DNA of 64,000 nt from assembly GCA_945860265.1 (NCBI GenBank), contig CAMAQF010000008.1, positions 3,810-67,809 of the forward strand. The letters run 5' to 3'. Positions 19,383-29,273 of this stretch are shown piece by piece (positions within the stretch are counted from its first letter, which is position 1; each line of letters opens with the position of its first letter). Source of the DNA: Emticicia agri. Its GTDB lineage: Bacteria; Bacteroidota; Bacteroidia; Cytophagales; Spirosomataceae. Made by a program: the position numbers and the translations under genes. The notes under the pieces are model-generated. The model saw only the letters and a program-made list of their open reading frames with translations. It had not been told where the DNA came from and searched no databases.

Positions 19383-21200
19383 CTATTGCTGCTCGGTATC
19401 TGACTTATTAGACGTGGTTGGTTTTTCGTCACCTTGCTTGTTCTGGGATTTATTATATGTAACACCACCTTTTTTGTGCTGAGGATGTTGCGGTTTCCCT
19501 TGGTTTCCTCCTTGGTTATTCGGACGATTCTGATTAGGGTTTGGTTTTCCTCCTTGTAAGGTAGTACCCAGCGGGGAGCCGCCCTGCGTATTTTCTTGTT
19601 TGCTTATGTTTTGACCTCCTTGTTGTTGCTGTTTAGGATGCCTTTGCTGTCCGCCCTGTTGTGGGCTATTCTGAGTATTGCCCTGTTTGTTGAGATTTTG
19701 GTTGCTCTTTAGCTGGTTGTTCCCTTTATTTTGAGGAGAATCACCACCCTGATGCGAGCCACCCTGATGCGGATTATTTGGTTGAACCGCATTATTACGA
19801 TTCTGATTGTTTACTCCTTGTTGGTTATTTTTTTGAGAATTATTTCCTTGTTTTTGCAGAGAGTCGCTCTCCGGACTTCCTACTTGTAGTGAGCCACCTA
19901 GAGGATTGCCACCCTTATTTTTCTGTTGGTTATTGTTTTTCTGAGCAATAAATTCTTGTTTAGCTAAATCTCCTTGTGGAGTTCCGTGTGGACTATTATT
20001 TCCACGATTTTGCTGTGGCTGATTTGGACGATTTTGTTGGTTTTTATTACCCGAATTTTGCTGTGGCTTTTTAACTTTATCAGTGTATTTTTTATCCAAA
20101 CGGTCTAAATCTGAGTTTCTTGGAGCATTTTTATCAACTATAATTGAATCAATTAGATTCAAGTCTTCGAGCGAGTTTGGTAAAATACCTTTTTCGTTCA
20201 TCTTCATGATTTCTACCACTTGATGAATCGGTAATGAATGCCAGTTGATATCATTGTTATAGCTAAACCACATGATTCGACGGAAAATGTCTGTTTTTTG
20301 TAATACTGCAATTCCTTTTTCGGTTTTCAAAGGCTTTTCTACTGTCGGAATATCGCTCAAAGCATCAAGATAAGTTTCTAATTCGTAATTTAAGCAACAT
20401 TTCAAACGTCCGCACTGACCCGAAAGTTTAGCTGGATTGAGCGAAAGATTCTGATAACGAGCCGCCGAAGTCGGAATCGCACGAAAATCAGTGAGCCACG
20501 TTGAGCAACATAATTCACGACCACACGAGCCAATTCCGCCTACACGAGCTGCCTCTTGACGCAAACTGATTTGCTTCATTTCGACTCTGATTTTGAATTC
20601 AGAAGCCAAAAATTTAATCATTTCACGAAAATCAATACGGTCGTCAGCTGAATAATAAAATGTAGCTTTGGTATTATCGGACTGAAATTCTACGTCCGAC
20701 ATCTTCATTTGTAGCTTTAATTCCTTCGATATTTCACGCACACGATACATCGTTGGCATATCACGAGCGATGGCTTGTTGGTGTTTTTCGAGGTCTCGCT
20801 CGGTGCTTACTCTTAGAATTTTGTGAAGTTCATCGTTGTCTTTTAGGTCTTTCTTAATCATTTGAAGACGAACCAATTCGCCTTGCAACGAAACACTACC
20901 GATATGATAGCCCGAAGCCATTTCGCAAACTACGAAATCACCCGTGTAGAGGTCATAATTGTTAGTATTTCGAAAATATTCTTTTCGTCCGCCTTTAAAT
21001 TTTATTTCAACTACATCATAACGCATTGAGCGTGGTACGTCCATGTTGGACAACCAGTCGTAAGCATTCATTTTATTGCATCCACCCGATGAACAGCCTC
21101 CAGAAGAGCATCCCGCTACGGTTTTTGTATTCGATTTTTCGGTTTGGCCTATGGCTTTAACTGCTCCACAACCTCCCGATGAACATTGTCCACAGCCCAT
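19383..21200 (-). CDS. PSP1 domain protein (RicT/YaaT-like) with Cys-rich N-terminus and long Q/N/G-rich C-terminal extension
   Basis: MGCGQCSSGGCG...CSSGGCSSGGCNKMN, then PSP1 text (VVEIKFKGGRKEYF, GSCGRELCCSTWL, GQCGRLKCCLNYE). The last 229 aa or so are low-complexity Q/N/G/P. The ATG at 21198-21200 is preferred over the TTG at 21221. Confidence 0.8.
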   Translation of the reverse strand: MGCGQCSSGGCGAVKAIGQTEKSNTKTVAGCSSGGCSSGGCNKMNAYDWLSNMDVPRSMRYDVVEIKFKGGRKEYFRNTNNYDLYTGDFVVCEMASGYHIGSVSLQGELVRLQMIKKDLKDNDELHKILRVSTERDLEKHQQAIARDMPTMYRVREISKELKLQMKMSDVEFQSDNTKATFYYSADDRIDFREMIKFLASEFKIRVEMKQISLRQEAARVGGIGSCGRELCCSTWLTDFRAIPTSAARYQNLSLNPAKLSGQCGRLKCCLNYELETYLDALSDIPTVEKPLKTEKGIAVLQKTDIFRRIMWFSYNNDINWHSLPIHQVVEIMKMNEKGILPNSLEDLNLIDSIIVDKNAPRNSDLDRLDKKYTDKVKKPQQNSGNKNQQNRPNQPQQNRGNNSPHGTPQGDLAKQEFIAQKNNNQQKNKGGNPLGGSLQVGSPESDSLQKQGNNSQKNNQQGVNNQNRNNAVQPNNPHQGGSHQGGDSPQNKGNNQLKSNQNLNKQGNTQNSPQQGGQQRHPKQQQQGGQNISKQENTQGGSPLGTTLQGGKPNPNQNRPNNQGGNQGKPQHPQHKKGGVTYNKSQNKQGDEKPTTSNKSDTEQQ

Positions 21201-21535
21201 TTTTGTATATATATAGTTCAACCCACGAATGGGTTTAATGAAAAAATAGGCAAGAAGCCTAATAATTATTTGTTATTTTGATTTTGAAATAACAAATTTG
21301 AATTGAATATTCCGTTAGGAATTAAATATTGGCTAGATATAATAGAATAGGATTTTCATGTCTTAGCTATGAAATATCAGTCATCTAAAAAACTTCATCA
21401 CCTAAGTATAATCGTGAGCGATGAAATTACTTTACCATAGCGACAAACGCCAATGTTAAACCCTACTTGGGATTTGATTTTTTAATATTTCGTATGAAAC
21501 ATTAGTCACTAATTTTAACAGGTTTTTCGCCTATC

Positions 21536-22831
21536 TTACGATTCGAGATACTTCAATAAATCTTTCCCGATGTCGTTTCTAAAATATTTTCCCTCAAATA
21601 TAATCTTTTTTGCCATTGCCTGCGACTTTTTACGTGCAGAATTTAGCGTTCGTGCCATTCCAGTAGTTACAATTACTCGGCCGCCGTTGGTTTCTACCGA
21701 ACCATCAGTAGCAATTTTGGTGCCCGCATGGAAAATAATGGTATCTTTCTCAGCTTCTGGAATCGTTATTACATCGCCTTTACGATATTCTTCGGGATAA
21801 CCTTTCGCTACCGAAACCGTTGCAATTGCTACTTTGGGATAAATCGAAAGTTTGATTTTATCTAATTTCCCATCGGCAGTTGCTTTCATTAATTTTACCA
21901 TATCGGTCTTGATTCGTGGCAAAACCACTTCAGTTTCGGGGTCACCCATGCGAGCGTTGTATTCAATTACATAAGGCTCTCCATCGACATTCATTAATCC
22001 AACGAAAATAAAACCCACATATTTGATACCTTCAGCTTGTAAACCAGCCAAAGTTGGCTTTACAACTCGCTCTTCAACTTTTCCCAAAAACTTAGCATCG
22101 GCAAACGGTACCGGCGAAACCGCCCCCATTCCACCTGTATTCAAGCCTTTATCGTTTACGCCAATACGCTTATAATCTTTTGCTTCGGGCAATATTTTAT
22201 AGTTTTTACCATCGGTCAAAACAAAAACTGAAAGCTCGATTCCTGTTAAAAATTGTTCGATAAGTACTTTGCTGCTGGCATCGCCAAATTTGGCTTCGGT
22301 GAGCATTTCGTGCAAGGCTTGACGGGCTTCATCTTTGGTTTCGGCAATGATTACACCTTTTCCTGCTGCCAAACCATCAGCTTTTAGTACAATTGGTAAA
22401 GTTTGAGTTTCGAGATAAGCCAAACCTTCTTGTAGTCTATTTTTTGTAAAAGTTTTTGACGCTCCTGCAGGGATATTGTATTTCTGCATGAAGCCTTTCG
22501 AGAAGTCTTTGCTACCTTCAAGTCTTGCCCCAGAAGCATCTGGACCAACAATTTTTATTTTTTTGAGAACTTTATCTTTCTTGAAAAAATCGACAATTCC
22601 ACGCACCAAAGGCTCTTCTGGGCCTACAATTACCATTCCGATTTTGTTTTCTTTTACAGCATTGCCAATAGCTTCAAAATCGTTAACTCCGATTGGTAAG
22701 TTTGTTGCGATTTGTGCAGTTCCTGCATTGCCAGGAGCTACAAAAAGATTGGTACAGTTTTTTGATTGTGCAATTTTCCAAGCAAAAGTGTGCTCTCGTC
22801 CGCCCGAACCAAGTATTAGAATATTCATCAA
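21536..22831 (-). CDS. purD: Phosphoribosylamine--glycine ligase
   Basis: MNILILGSGGREHTFAWK, ATP-grasp text and the C-terminal GGRV motif (ETNGGRVIVTTG). Confidence 0.92.
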   Translation of the reverse strand: MMNILILGSGGREHTFAWKIAQSKNCTNLFVAPGNAGTAQIATNLPIGVNDFEAIGNAVKENKIGMVIVGPEEPLVRGIVDFFKKDKVLKKIKIVGPDASGARLEGSKDFSKGFMQKYNIPAGASKTFTKNRLQEGLAYLETQTLPIVLKADGLAAGKGVIIAETKDEARQALHEMLTEAKFGDASSKVLIEQFLTGIELSVFVLTDGKNYKILPEAKDYKRIGVNDKGLNTGGMGAVSPVPFADAKFLGKVEERVVKPTLAGLQAEGIKYVGFIFVGLMNVDGEPYVIEYNARMGDPETEVVLPRIKTDMVKLMKATADGKLDKIKLSIYPKVAIATVSVAKGYPEEYRKGDVITIPEAEKDTIIFHAGTKIATDGSVETNGGRVIVTTGMARTLNSARKKSQAMAKKIIFEGKYFRNDIGKDLLKYLES

Positions 22832-23025
22832 TAGTATAATCTTTGCATTATGAACTAGTAAAGTTCGTCAAGTTTTTTGTAAAATAATACTTTTCTATGT
22901 CAAACCTCTACTTTAAAAATGAATAATTTTGCATAAATAACTAATATTCAACCATTTATACTCTCTATAAACTTTTCTTTTAAATTTATTCAGAAATTTG
23001 TTTTAGCTGTTCAAAGTTCGTAATA

Positions 23026-25197
23026 TTGATATTGTATTTTAAAAAAATGGCATATTATTCATTGACAATGAAAAAACTTTTAAGAAAACTATATTTGAAT
23101 TCTGTTCGGGTCTTCTTGGTTTTTTATGTTTCATTTTTTCTTTTTTCAATTAGAGAAAACATTAATATAAATGATTGGCCAAGTTATAATGGTGGCGATA
23201 ATTGTAACCATTATTCCGCACTCACACAAATTAAACCCGAGAATGTTTCGACCTTGAAATTAGCTTGGATTTACAATTCAGGTGGAGCAGATACCATAAA
23301 AAATACTACTCAAATTCAATGTAATCCATTAATTATCAAAGGTATTTTTTATGGTGTTTCAGCCGGCTCACAAGCATTTGCTGTAAATGCTGAATCGGGT
23401 AAAGAAATATGGAAAACCAACTTGAAAGATAATACTTTCAGTATGACCAGCCGAGGTGTAAGCTATTGGACAGATGGACATGATGAAAGAATATTCTTTG
23501 GTTATGGAGCTTTTCTTTATGCCTTGAATGCCAAAAATGGTCATCCGATTTTATCGTTTGGTACGAAGGGGAAAATCCATCTAATTGACGGAATTAAACG
23601 CCCCGGTGCCGACGATTACGTAGTTTTGAACACGCCACCCGCAATCTATAAAAATACATTGATTGTAGGTATGAGAGTGGCGGAAAGTGCAACTGCTTTA
23701 CTCGGCGACATCAGGGCTTTTGATGCACGAACAGGAAAAAAAATTTGGACATTTCATACGATTCCACACCCCAATGAATTTGGTTACAAAACATGGGAGA
23801 AAGATAATTTTAAAAATTTAGGCGGAGCTAATAATTGGATGGGTATGGCTATCGACCAAAAACGGGGTATTATATATGCTCCAACTGGCTCGGCAGCGTT
23901 TGATTTTTATGGTGGTAATCGAAAAGGTGACAACCTTTTTGCCAATTGTTTACTGGCTCTAAATGCGAATACGGGCAAAAGGCTTTGGCATTTTCAGACG
24001 GTACATCACGACATTTGGGACAGGGATATTCCTGCACCACCAAACTTATTTACAATCTCAAAAAATGGAAAAAAAGTTGCTGTTGTGTCAGTATTGAGTA
24101 AACAAGGGTTCACTTTTGTGTTTGACCGAGTAAGTGGTAAACCTATTTTTCCTATCGAAGAGCGAGCGGTTATGGCTTCTACTATCAAAGGAGAGCAGGC
24201 ATCGCCTACGCAGCCGATTCCAGTTTTGCCTGAGCCATTTACTCGACAAAGCTTTACTGTTCATGATATAAATTCATTTGCATCAAACAAAGAACAAATA
24301 ATTGCACAAGTAAAGGAAGCTTCTACGGGTCAAGCTTTTATTCCATTAGGTAGAAATCGAACGGTTTTCTTTCCTGGAACTGATGGTGGAGCTCAATGGG
24401 GTGGTGCAGCAGTTGATGAAAACAGTATCATGTATGTTCCTGCTAAAGAAAACCCTGTGTACAGTTCATTAGTCGATGCACTTCCAACTAATAATAGCCA
24501 AGCCAATTCTTCGGGTAAAAAACTCTATCAAACACATTGTATGAATTGTCATGGAGTTAATCGGGAAGGCAACGAAGATGGAACATTTCCTTCACTCCAA
24601 AACATTGAAACAAAATATAATGAAACAGCGATACTACAAATCATATCAAAAGGCCGTGGGCTTATGCCTGCCCTAACACATATCAAAGCCGTAGAAAACA
24701 AAGCAATAATTCAATTTTTATTTGGCAAAGATAGCTACATAAAAACAGTTAATAAGTCGAATCTTTCGGAAAGTCCATATAAAAGTACAGGTTATAATCG
24801 TTGGTACGATTCGAACAATTACCCTATTAATACACCCCCTTGGGGAACTCTAACCGCCATCAATATGAACAATGGTAAGCGTATTTGGCAAATCCCGCTG
24901 GGAGAATATCCAGAACTTACAGCGAAGGGAATTCCTTTAACTGGCACTGATAATTATGGTGGACCAGCCGTTACGGCAGGAGGCCTACTATTCATTGCAG
25001 CTACAAAAGACCATCAATTTAGGGCAATTGACCGAAAAACAGGCAATATACTATGGAAAGTAATACTGCCAGCAGCAGGTTATGCTTCGCCAAGTGTTTA
25101 TGAAGTTGGTGGAAAGCAATATGTAGTGATTGCGTGTGGTGGTGGTAAATTAAAGACTAAATCAAGTGATAAATATCTGGCATTTACATTACCCTAA
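23026..25197 (+). CDS. Membrane-anchored PQQ-dependent dehydrogenase (glucose/quinate/shikimate type beta-propeller) with an inserted class I cytochrome c domain
   Basis: Propeller repeats (W-motif text such as GKEIWKTNL, TGKKIWTF, TGKRLWHF, NGKRIWQIPL, TGNILWKV). CMNCH heme-binding motif at 24538-24552 with a downstream GLMPA Met ligand. Propeller sequence resumes after the insert. The start may be the internal ATG at 23068 (MKKLLRK). Confidence 0.75.
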   Translation: MILYFKKMAYYSLTMKKLLRKLYLNSVRVFLVFYVSFFLFSIRENININDWPSYNGGDNCNHYSALTQIKPENVSTLKLAWIYNSGGADTIKNTTQIQCNPLIIKGIFYGVSAGSQAFAVNAESGKEIWKTNLKDNTFSMTSRGVSYWTDGHDERIFFGYGAFLYALNAKNGHPILSFGTKGKIHLIDGIKRPGADDYVVLNTPPAIYKNTLIVGMRVAESATALLGDIRAFDARTGKKIWTFHTIPHPNEFGYKTWEKDNFKNLGGANNWMGMAIDQKRGIIYAPTGSAAFDFYGGNRKGDNLFANCLLALNANTGKRLWHFQTVHHDIWDRDIPAPPNLFTISKNGKKVAVVSVLSKQGFTFVFDRVSGKPIFPIEERAVMASTIKGEQASPTQPIPVLPEPFTRQSFTVHDINSFASNKEQIIAQVKEASTGQAFIPLGRNRTVFFPGTDGGAQWGGAAVDENSIMYVPAKENPVYSSLVDALPTNNSQANSSGKKLYQTHCMNCHGVNREGNEDGTFPSLQNIETKYNETAILQIISKGRGLMPALTHIKAVENKAIIQFLFGKDSYIKTVNKSNLSESPYKSTGYNRWYDSNNYPINTPPWGTLTAINMNNGKRIWQIPLGEYPELTAKGIPLTGTDNYGGPAVTAGGLLFIAATKDHQFRAIDRKTGNILWKVILPAAGYASPSVYEVGGKQYVVIACGGGKLKTKSSDKYLAFTLP

Positions 25198-25932
25198 TCA
25201 AAACTCAAATTTTCCGTCTTTTTCAGTTTTTTTTATGATGCTAAAAATTTCTTTTTTGCCTTTCAGAGAAATCCTGCGAGAAACTTCAACTGCCGAGGTA
25301 AAGTAAGCGATTTTGGTAAAAAGCTCGCCCTGTCCAAAAAAGTCTTTTTGGGTGTTTAATTCAGTCAGCGGAATCGGAACGGGGCTCAGATAACTCAGCT
25401 CGGTTCGGTAATCAATATAGCGTTGTATAGAATCTTGACTACTTACAAAGCGATAATCAAGCATCAGAGCCAATCCTTCATCGAACCACGTTGGAATCTC
25501 TTTTTTGGTTTTCCACCAACCCAGTTTAGTCATAAGTTCGTCGTGGCACATTTCGTGGGCAATCACATCTGTATTTAGTCCATCTTGGTTTAAAATTATC
25601 CACGAACAAAGTGGTGTTCCGATACTAAAACCTGCACCTTCGGTGGTTTTGGCGTATTTTTGGTAAGTCATTGCGTTTTTGGTGAAAATAATTTTTGCTT
25701 GTCCGCTTTTACCTCCCCAAAAGGTTTTTATACGTTTTTCGGCATTTTCTACAAATTTTAATAATGAATCTTGCTGCATTTTCGATATCTTTTCTTCAAC
25801 AAAAATATTGGGTTTTATTTCTTGAAAACTATCATATTCAACAAAAAAGCACCATAAAAACTGCGGAAAAAGCCATGCAAATAGCAAACCAAATGCAATT
25901 ATTGTAAATATTGTTGATTTTAAAATTTTCAT
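25198..25932 (-). CDS. Hypothetical membrane-anchored HExxH protein (putative MA-clan metallopeptidase)
   Basis: N-terminal TM, HEMCHDE (HExxH) and a downstream WFDEGLA possible Glu ligand. No named family recognised. Confidence 0.5.
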   Translation of the reverse strand: MKILKSTIFTIIAFGLLFAWLFPQFLWCFFVEYDSFQEIKPNIFVEEKISKMQQDSLLKFVENAEKRIKTFWGGKSGQAKIIFTKNAMTYQKYAKTTEGAGFSIGTPLCSWIILNQDGLNTDVIAHEMCHDELMTKLGWWKTKKEIPTWFDEGLALMLDYRFVSSQDSIQRYIDYRTELSYLSPVPIPLTELNTQKDFFGQGELFTKIAYFTSAVEVSRRISLKGKKEIFSIIKKTEKDGKFEF

Positions 25933-26077
25933 TTATTTTCTCTCTTTTTTTTGAACGAACAGCATGTTTGCCCTTTGGATGTAACAAAACCAGTATCTGC
26001 GAAGTTATGTTATTAATCGTTTATAACGTAACTTCGCACAAAAATTTTAATCTCACCATTTTAGATAATCATTAAAT

Positions 26078-26515
26078 ATGTACCCAATCATCCAACCAAT
26101 TCACTCATATTTAGCTTTTGCAGCACTTGCTTTGTTGGCAGCAGCTACTATCAACGGAATCATTGGCTCGACAAGCGAGAAAAGTTTTGAAGATAATCAT
26201 CTTAAAATCAACAAATTTGCTTTGATTGCTACGCATACAATGCTTATATTAGGTCTAATCTTATTGTTTGTTTCTCCAGGAGCTCAAGCAGCCTTTTCTA
26301 ATATGAAACTAACAATGAAGGATAGTATTTTGAGAAAAGCTTACATAGAACACCCTACAACAAATATAATAGCCGTTGTTTTAATTACAATCGGTAATGT
26401 TCGTGTAAAGCGTGCGGTTGGTAATGGTCGCAAATTTAAGCAAACTGCTATTTTCTTTGGTTTAGCGTTGATTTTAATTCTTAGCCGTATTCCTTGGTCA
26501 ACTTGGTTAGGTTGA
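26078..26515 (+). CDS. Hypothetical 4-TM membrane protein
   Basis: 145 aa with four hydrophobic spans and several His residues near the helix ends. Lies upstream of the ccmF-like gene. Confidence 0.45.
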   Translation: MYPIIQPIHSYLAFAALALLAAATINGIIGSTSEKSFEDNHLKINKFALIATHTMLILGLILLFVSPGAQAAFSNMKLTMKDSILRKAYIEHPTTNIIAVVLITIGNVRVKRAVGNGRKFKQTAIFFGLALILILSRIPWSTWLG

Positions 26516-26658
26516 TATTTTTTTAGTCCACAGCTTAAAGTTGATATTCCACAGGGAGGACTACAGAGTTTTGGATGTTTACTATCTTTAGTACAAACTA
26601 AACATAATTAATTTTGGGGTAAACTCGTTTTGATTTTAAACCCGATGCAATATTTAAC

Positions 26659-29199
26659 ATGTTAAGACCATACCTTGGAAATATCGGACATATTTCTGTA
26701 ATTATCTCTTTTGTAGCTGCCATTGTTTCTACTTTTGCATACTGGCAGGCTACTCGACCAGAGGTTTTAAAAGATAAGCAAGCAACTGACCAATGGCTCA
26801 AATTTGCTCGTAGAGCATTTTATGTGCATACTTCGGCTATTTTTATTATTTGTGCTTCACTGTTGAGCATTATATTCAATCATTATTTTGAATACCATTA
26901 CGCTTGGGATAACTCTTCGTGGAGTTTGCCTATTGGATATGCCATTTCGTGTTTTTGGCAAGACCAAGAGGGTAGCTTTTTATTGTGGATGTTTTGGAAT
27001 GTTGTTTTGGGTGTTTTGTTAATAAATACTACGCTTCGCAAAACTCGTAATGTTGGAATCGAAGCTCCAACGATGACGATTTTCGCTTTGGTGCAGGTTT
27101 TCTTGGCTTCGATGATTTTGGGTGTAGTGATTTGGGGAGATTTCAAGGTTGGAAGTTCGCCGTTTTTGACTTTAAGAGAATCAATGCCGAATATTCCAAT
27201 TTGGAAAACAAACCCAAGTTTTGTACCTAAAGATGGTAATGGTCTGAATCCTTTACTGCAAAACTATTGGATGGTTATTCACCCTCCTACTCTGTTTTTG
27301 GGTTTTGCGATGACACTCGTTCCGTTTGCATTTTGTATGGCTGGCCTTTGGAAAAAACAATATACAGAATGGATAAAACCTGCATTACCTTGGACGTTGA
27401 CAGCGGCGGTTGTTCTTGGAACAGGAATTATGATGGGCGGAATTTGGGCGTACGAAACCCTCAACTTTGGTGGATATTGGAATTGGGATCCAGTAGAAAA
27501 TGCAGTTTATGTGCCATGGTTGGTTTTGGTTGGAAGTTTCCACACGATGCTTATGGCACGTAAAAATAGTACAGCTCTCAAATATACCATTATTTTGGTT
27601 ATCGCTCAATTTGTATTGATTGTTTACTCAACGTTTTTAGCTCGAAGCGGTATTCTTGGCAATGCGTCGGTTCACTCATTTACTGACTTGGGGCTTTCGG
27701 GGCAGTTATTGATTTATTTACTAACTTTTATCATTGTTTCGGTAGTACTTTCTACAATTCGCTGGAAACATTTACCACAAGATGAAGCAGAAATCTCGAC
27801 ATTTTCTCGTGAATTTTGGGTATTTTCTGGAGTTTTGATGCTTTGCTTGGCGAGTTTTCAAGTAATTGTTACGACTTCAATTCCTGTTTATAATAAAATA
27901 GGTGAGATTTTTGGAGCAAAACTAAACATGGCTTTGCCAACTAATCAAATCGAACACTTCACGCAGTTTCAGATGTGGTTTTTTGTGCTGATTACGTCTC
28001 TTTCCGGCGTTGCTCAGTTTTTTTGGTGGAAACGTGTTCAGAAAAATAGCTTAAACAAGCTAATTAATCCACTTGTAATCAGCCTTTTAGCATCAGCTAT
28101 AATCATAACTTTCGCTAAGGTAAATAACTGGAAATATATCATTTTATTGACCGCAGCGATGTTTAGTATTGCAGCCAATGGCAGTATTTTATTAGATATT
28201 CTGAAAGGAAAATTCAAAGTAGCTGGAGGTGCAATTACACACATTGGTTTGGCAGTGATGCTAATCGGAATCATGTTTTCTTCGGGCTACTCTAAAGTAG
28301 TTTCTTTGAATTTTTCAGGAGCAAAAATCTTTTCCAACGATAGTGATAACAAAGAAAATGCCTTATTATGGCTCAATCGACCGACTGAATTGAGTGAATT
28401 TTCGTTTACGTACAAAGGTCAGTTTGTTGATGTACGAAATGCACCGGGTTATATTGAGAAAAAATACGTTTGGCCTGTTCCTGGCAGTAATTACAAAGGT
28501 ATTGCACGTGCCGACGTAGTGGATGGCGATAAAACGTATTTCAAACGTGGTGATACGCTCGAGTATGAAGCCGAAAACACCTATTTCCAGATTGAATACT
28601 CAGATAAAAACGGAAAGAAATTTAACCTTTACCCACGAGTACAAGACAATGAAAAAATGGGAACGGTACTTTCACCCGATATTAAGAAATTTTGGAACAA
28701 AGATATTTATGCTTTCGTTTCCGGACCGCCAGTTGCCGAAGATGAGCGTGATTGGAGTCGCCCAGAAGAATTTGCAGTAGCGGTTGGTGATACTTTTTTT
28801 GTCAATGACTACGTAGCAATTCTTGAAAATGTAGAAGGAATCAGGGAAGTTGATGGAATGCAATTGGCCGAAGGCGATGCAGCCGCACGTGCAACGGTTA
28901 AAGTTCTGGATAGAAACGTAGCCATAACAATGCGTCCAGTTTTTGCAATTCGAAACCGTGAAGTTTGGAGCAAACCCGAAGTGAATAACGAAATGGGACT
29001 TCGCTTACAACTATCTAAAATCGACCCTGTTTCGGGCAAATTTGCCTTTACAGTAAGTCGAGGTCAGCGAGAGTTTCTCGTGCTAAAAGCGACTGAGAAG
29101 CCACATATTAACCTTCTTTGGATAGGATTCTTTATGATAATTGTGGGTATCACAATAGCAGCAGTTCGTCGTTTTCAACTTGTAGCTGCTCAAGGATAA
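26659..29199 (+). CDS. ccmF: Cytochrome c-type biogenesis protein, CcmF-like heme lyase (PF01578-type WWD domain plus CcmF_C-like region)
   Basis: WAYETLNFGGYWNWDPVENAVYVPWLV is the WWD heme-handling motif. About 15 TM spans, a CcmF-like N-terminus, a large periplasmic domain and a final TM (KPHINLLWIGFFMIIVG), as in CcmF. Confidence 0.7.
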   Translation: MLRPYLGNIGHISVIISFVAAIVSTFAYWQATRPEVLKDKQATDQWLKFARRAFYVHTSAIFIICASLLSIIFNHYFEYHYAWDNSSWSLPIGYAISCFWQDQEGSFLLWMFWNVVLGVLLINTTLRKTRNVGIEAPTMTIFALVQVFLASMILGVVIWGDFKVGSSPFLTLRESMPNIPIWKTNPSFVPKDGNGLNPLLQNYWMVIHPPTLFLGFAMTLVPFAFCMAGLWKKQYTEWIKPALPWTLTAAVVLGTGIMMGGIWAYETLNFGGYWNWDPVENAVYVPWLVLVGSFHTMLMARKNSTALKYTIILVIAQFVLIVYSTFLARSGILGNASVHSFTDLGLSGQLLIYLLTFIIVSVVLSTIRWKHLPQDEAEISTFSREFWVFSGVLMLCLASFQVIVTTSIPVYNKIGEIFGAKLNMALPTNQIEHFTQFQMWFFVLITSLSGVAQFFWWKRVQKNSLNKLINPLVISLLASAIIITFAKVNNWKYIILLTAAMFSIAANGSILLDILKGKFKVAGGAITHIGLAVMLIGIMFSSGYSKVVSLNFSGAKIFSNDSDNKENALLWLNRPTELSEFSFTYKGQFVDVRNAPGYIEKKYVWPVPGSNYKGIARADVVDGDKTYFKRGDTLEYEAENTYFQIEYSDKNGKKFNLYPRVQDNEKMGTVLSPDIKKFWNKDIYAFVSGPPVAEDERDWSRPEEFAVAVGDTFFVNDYVAILENVEGIREVDGMQLAEGDAAARATVKVLDRNVAITMRPVFAIRNREVWSKPEVNNEMGLRLQLSKIDPVSGKFAFTVSRGQREFLVLKATEKPHINLLWIGFFMIIVGITIAAVRRFQLVAAQG

Positions 29200-29232
29200 G
29201 ATATTTATTAATTGTCATTAACATACTGATGC

Positions 29233-29273
29233 AAAAAAATCCCTTTTTGCTCTGTGCAAAAAGGGATTTTTTT
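29233..29273. terminator. Bidirectional terminator between ccmF-like gene and the HLHP-domain gene
   Basis: aaaaaa-atccctttttgc-tctgt-gcaaaaagggat-tttttt. Confidence 0.75.
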
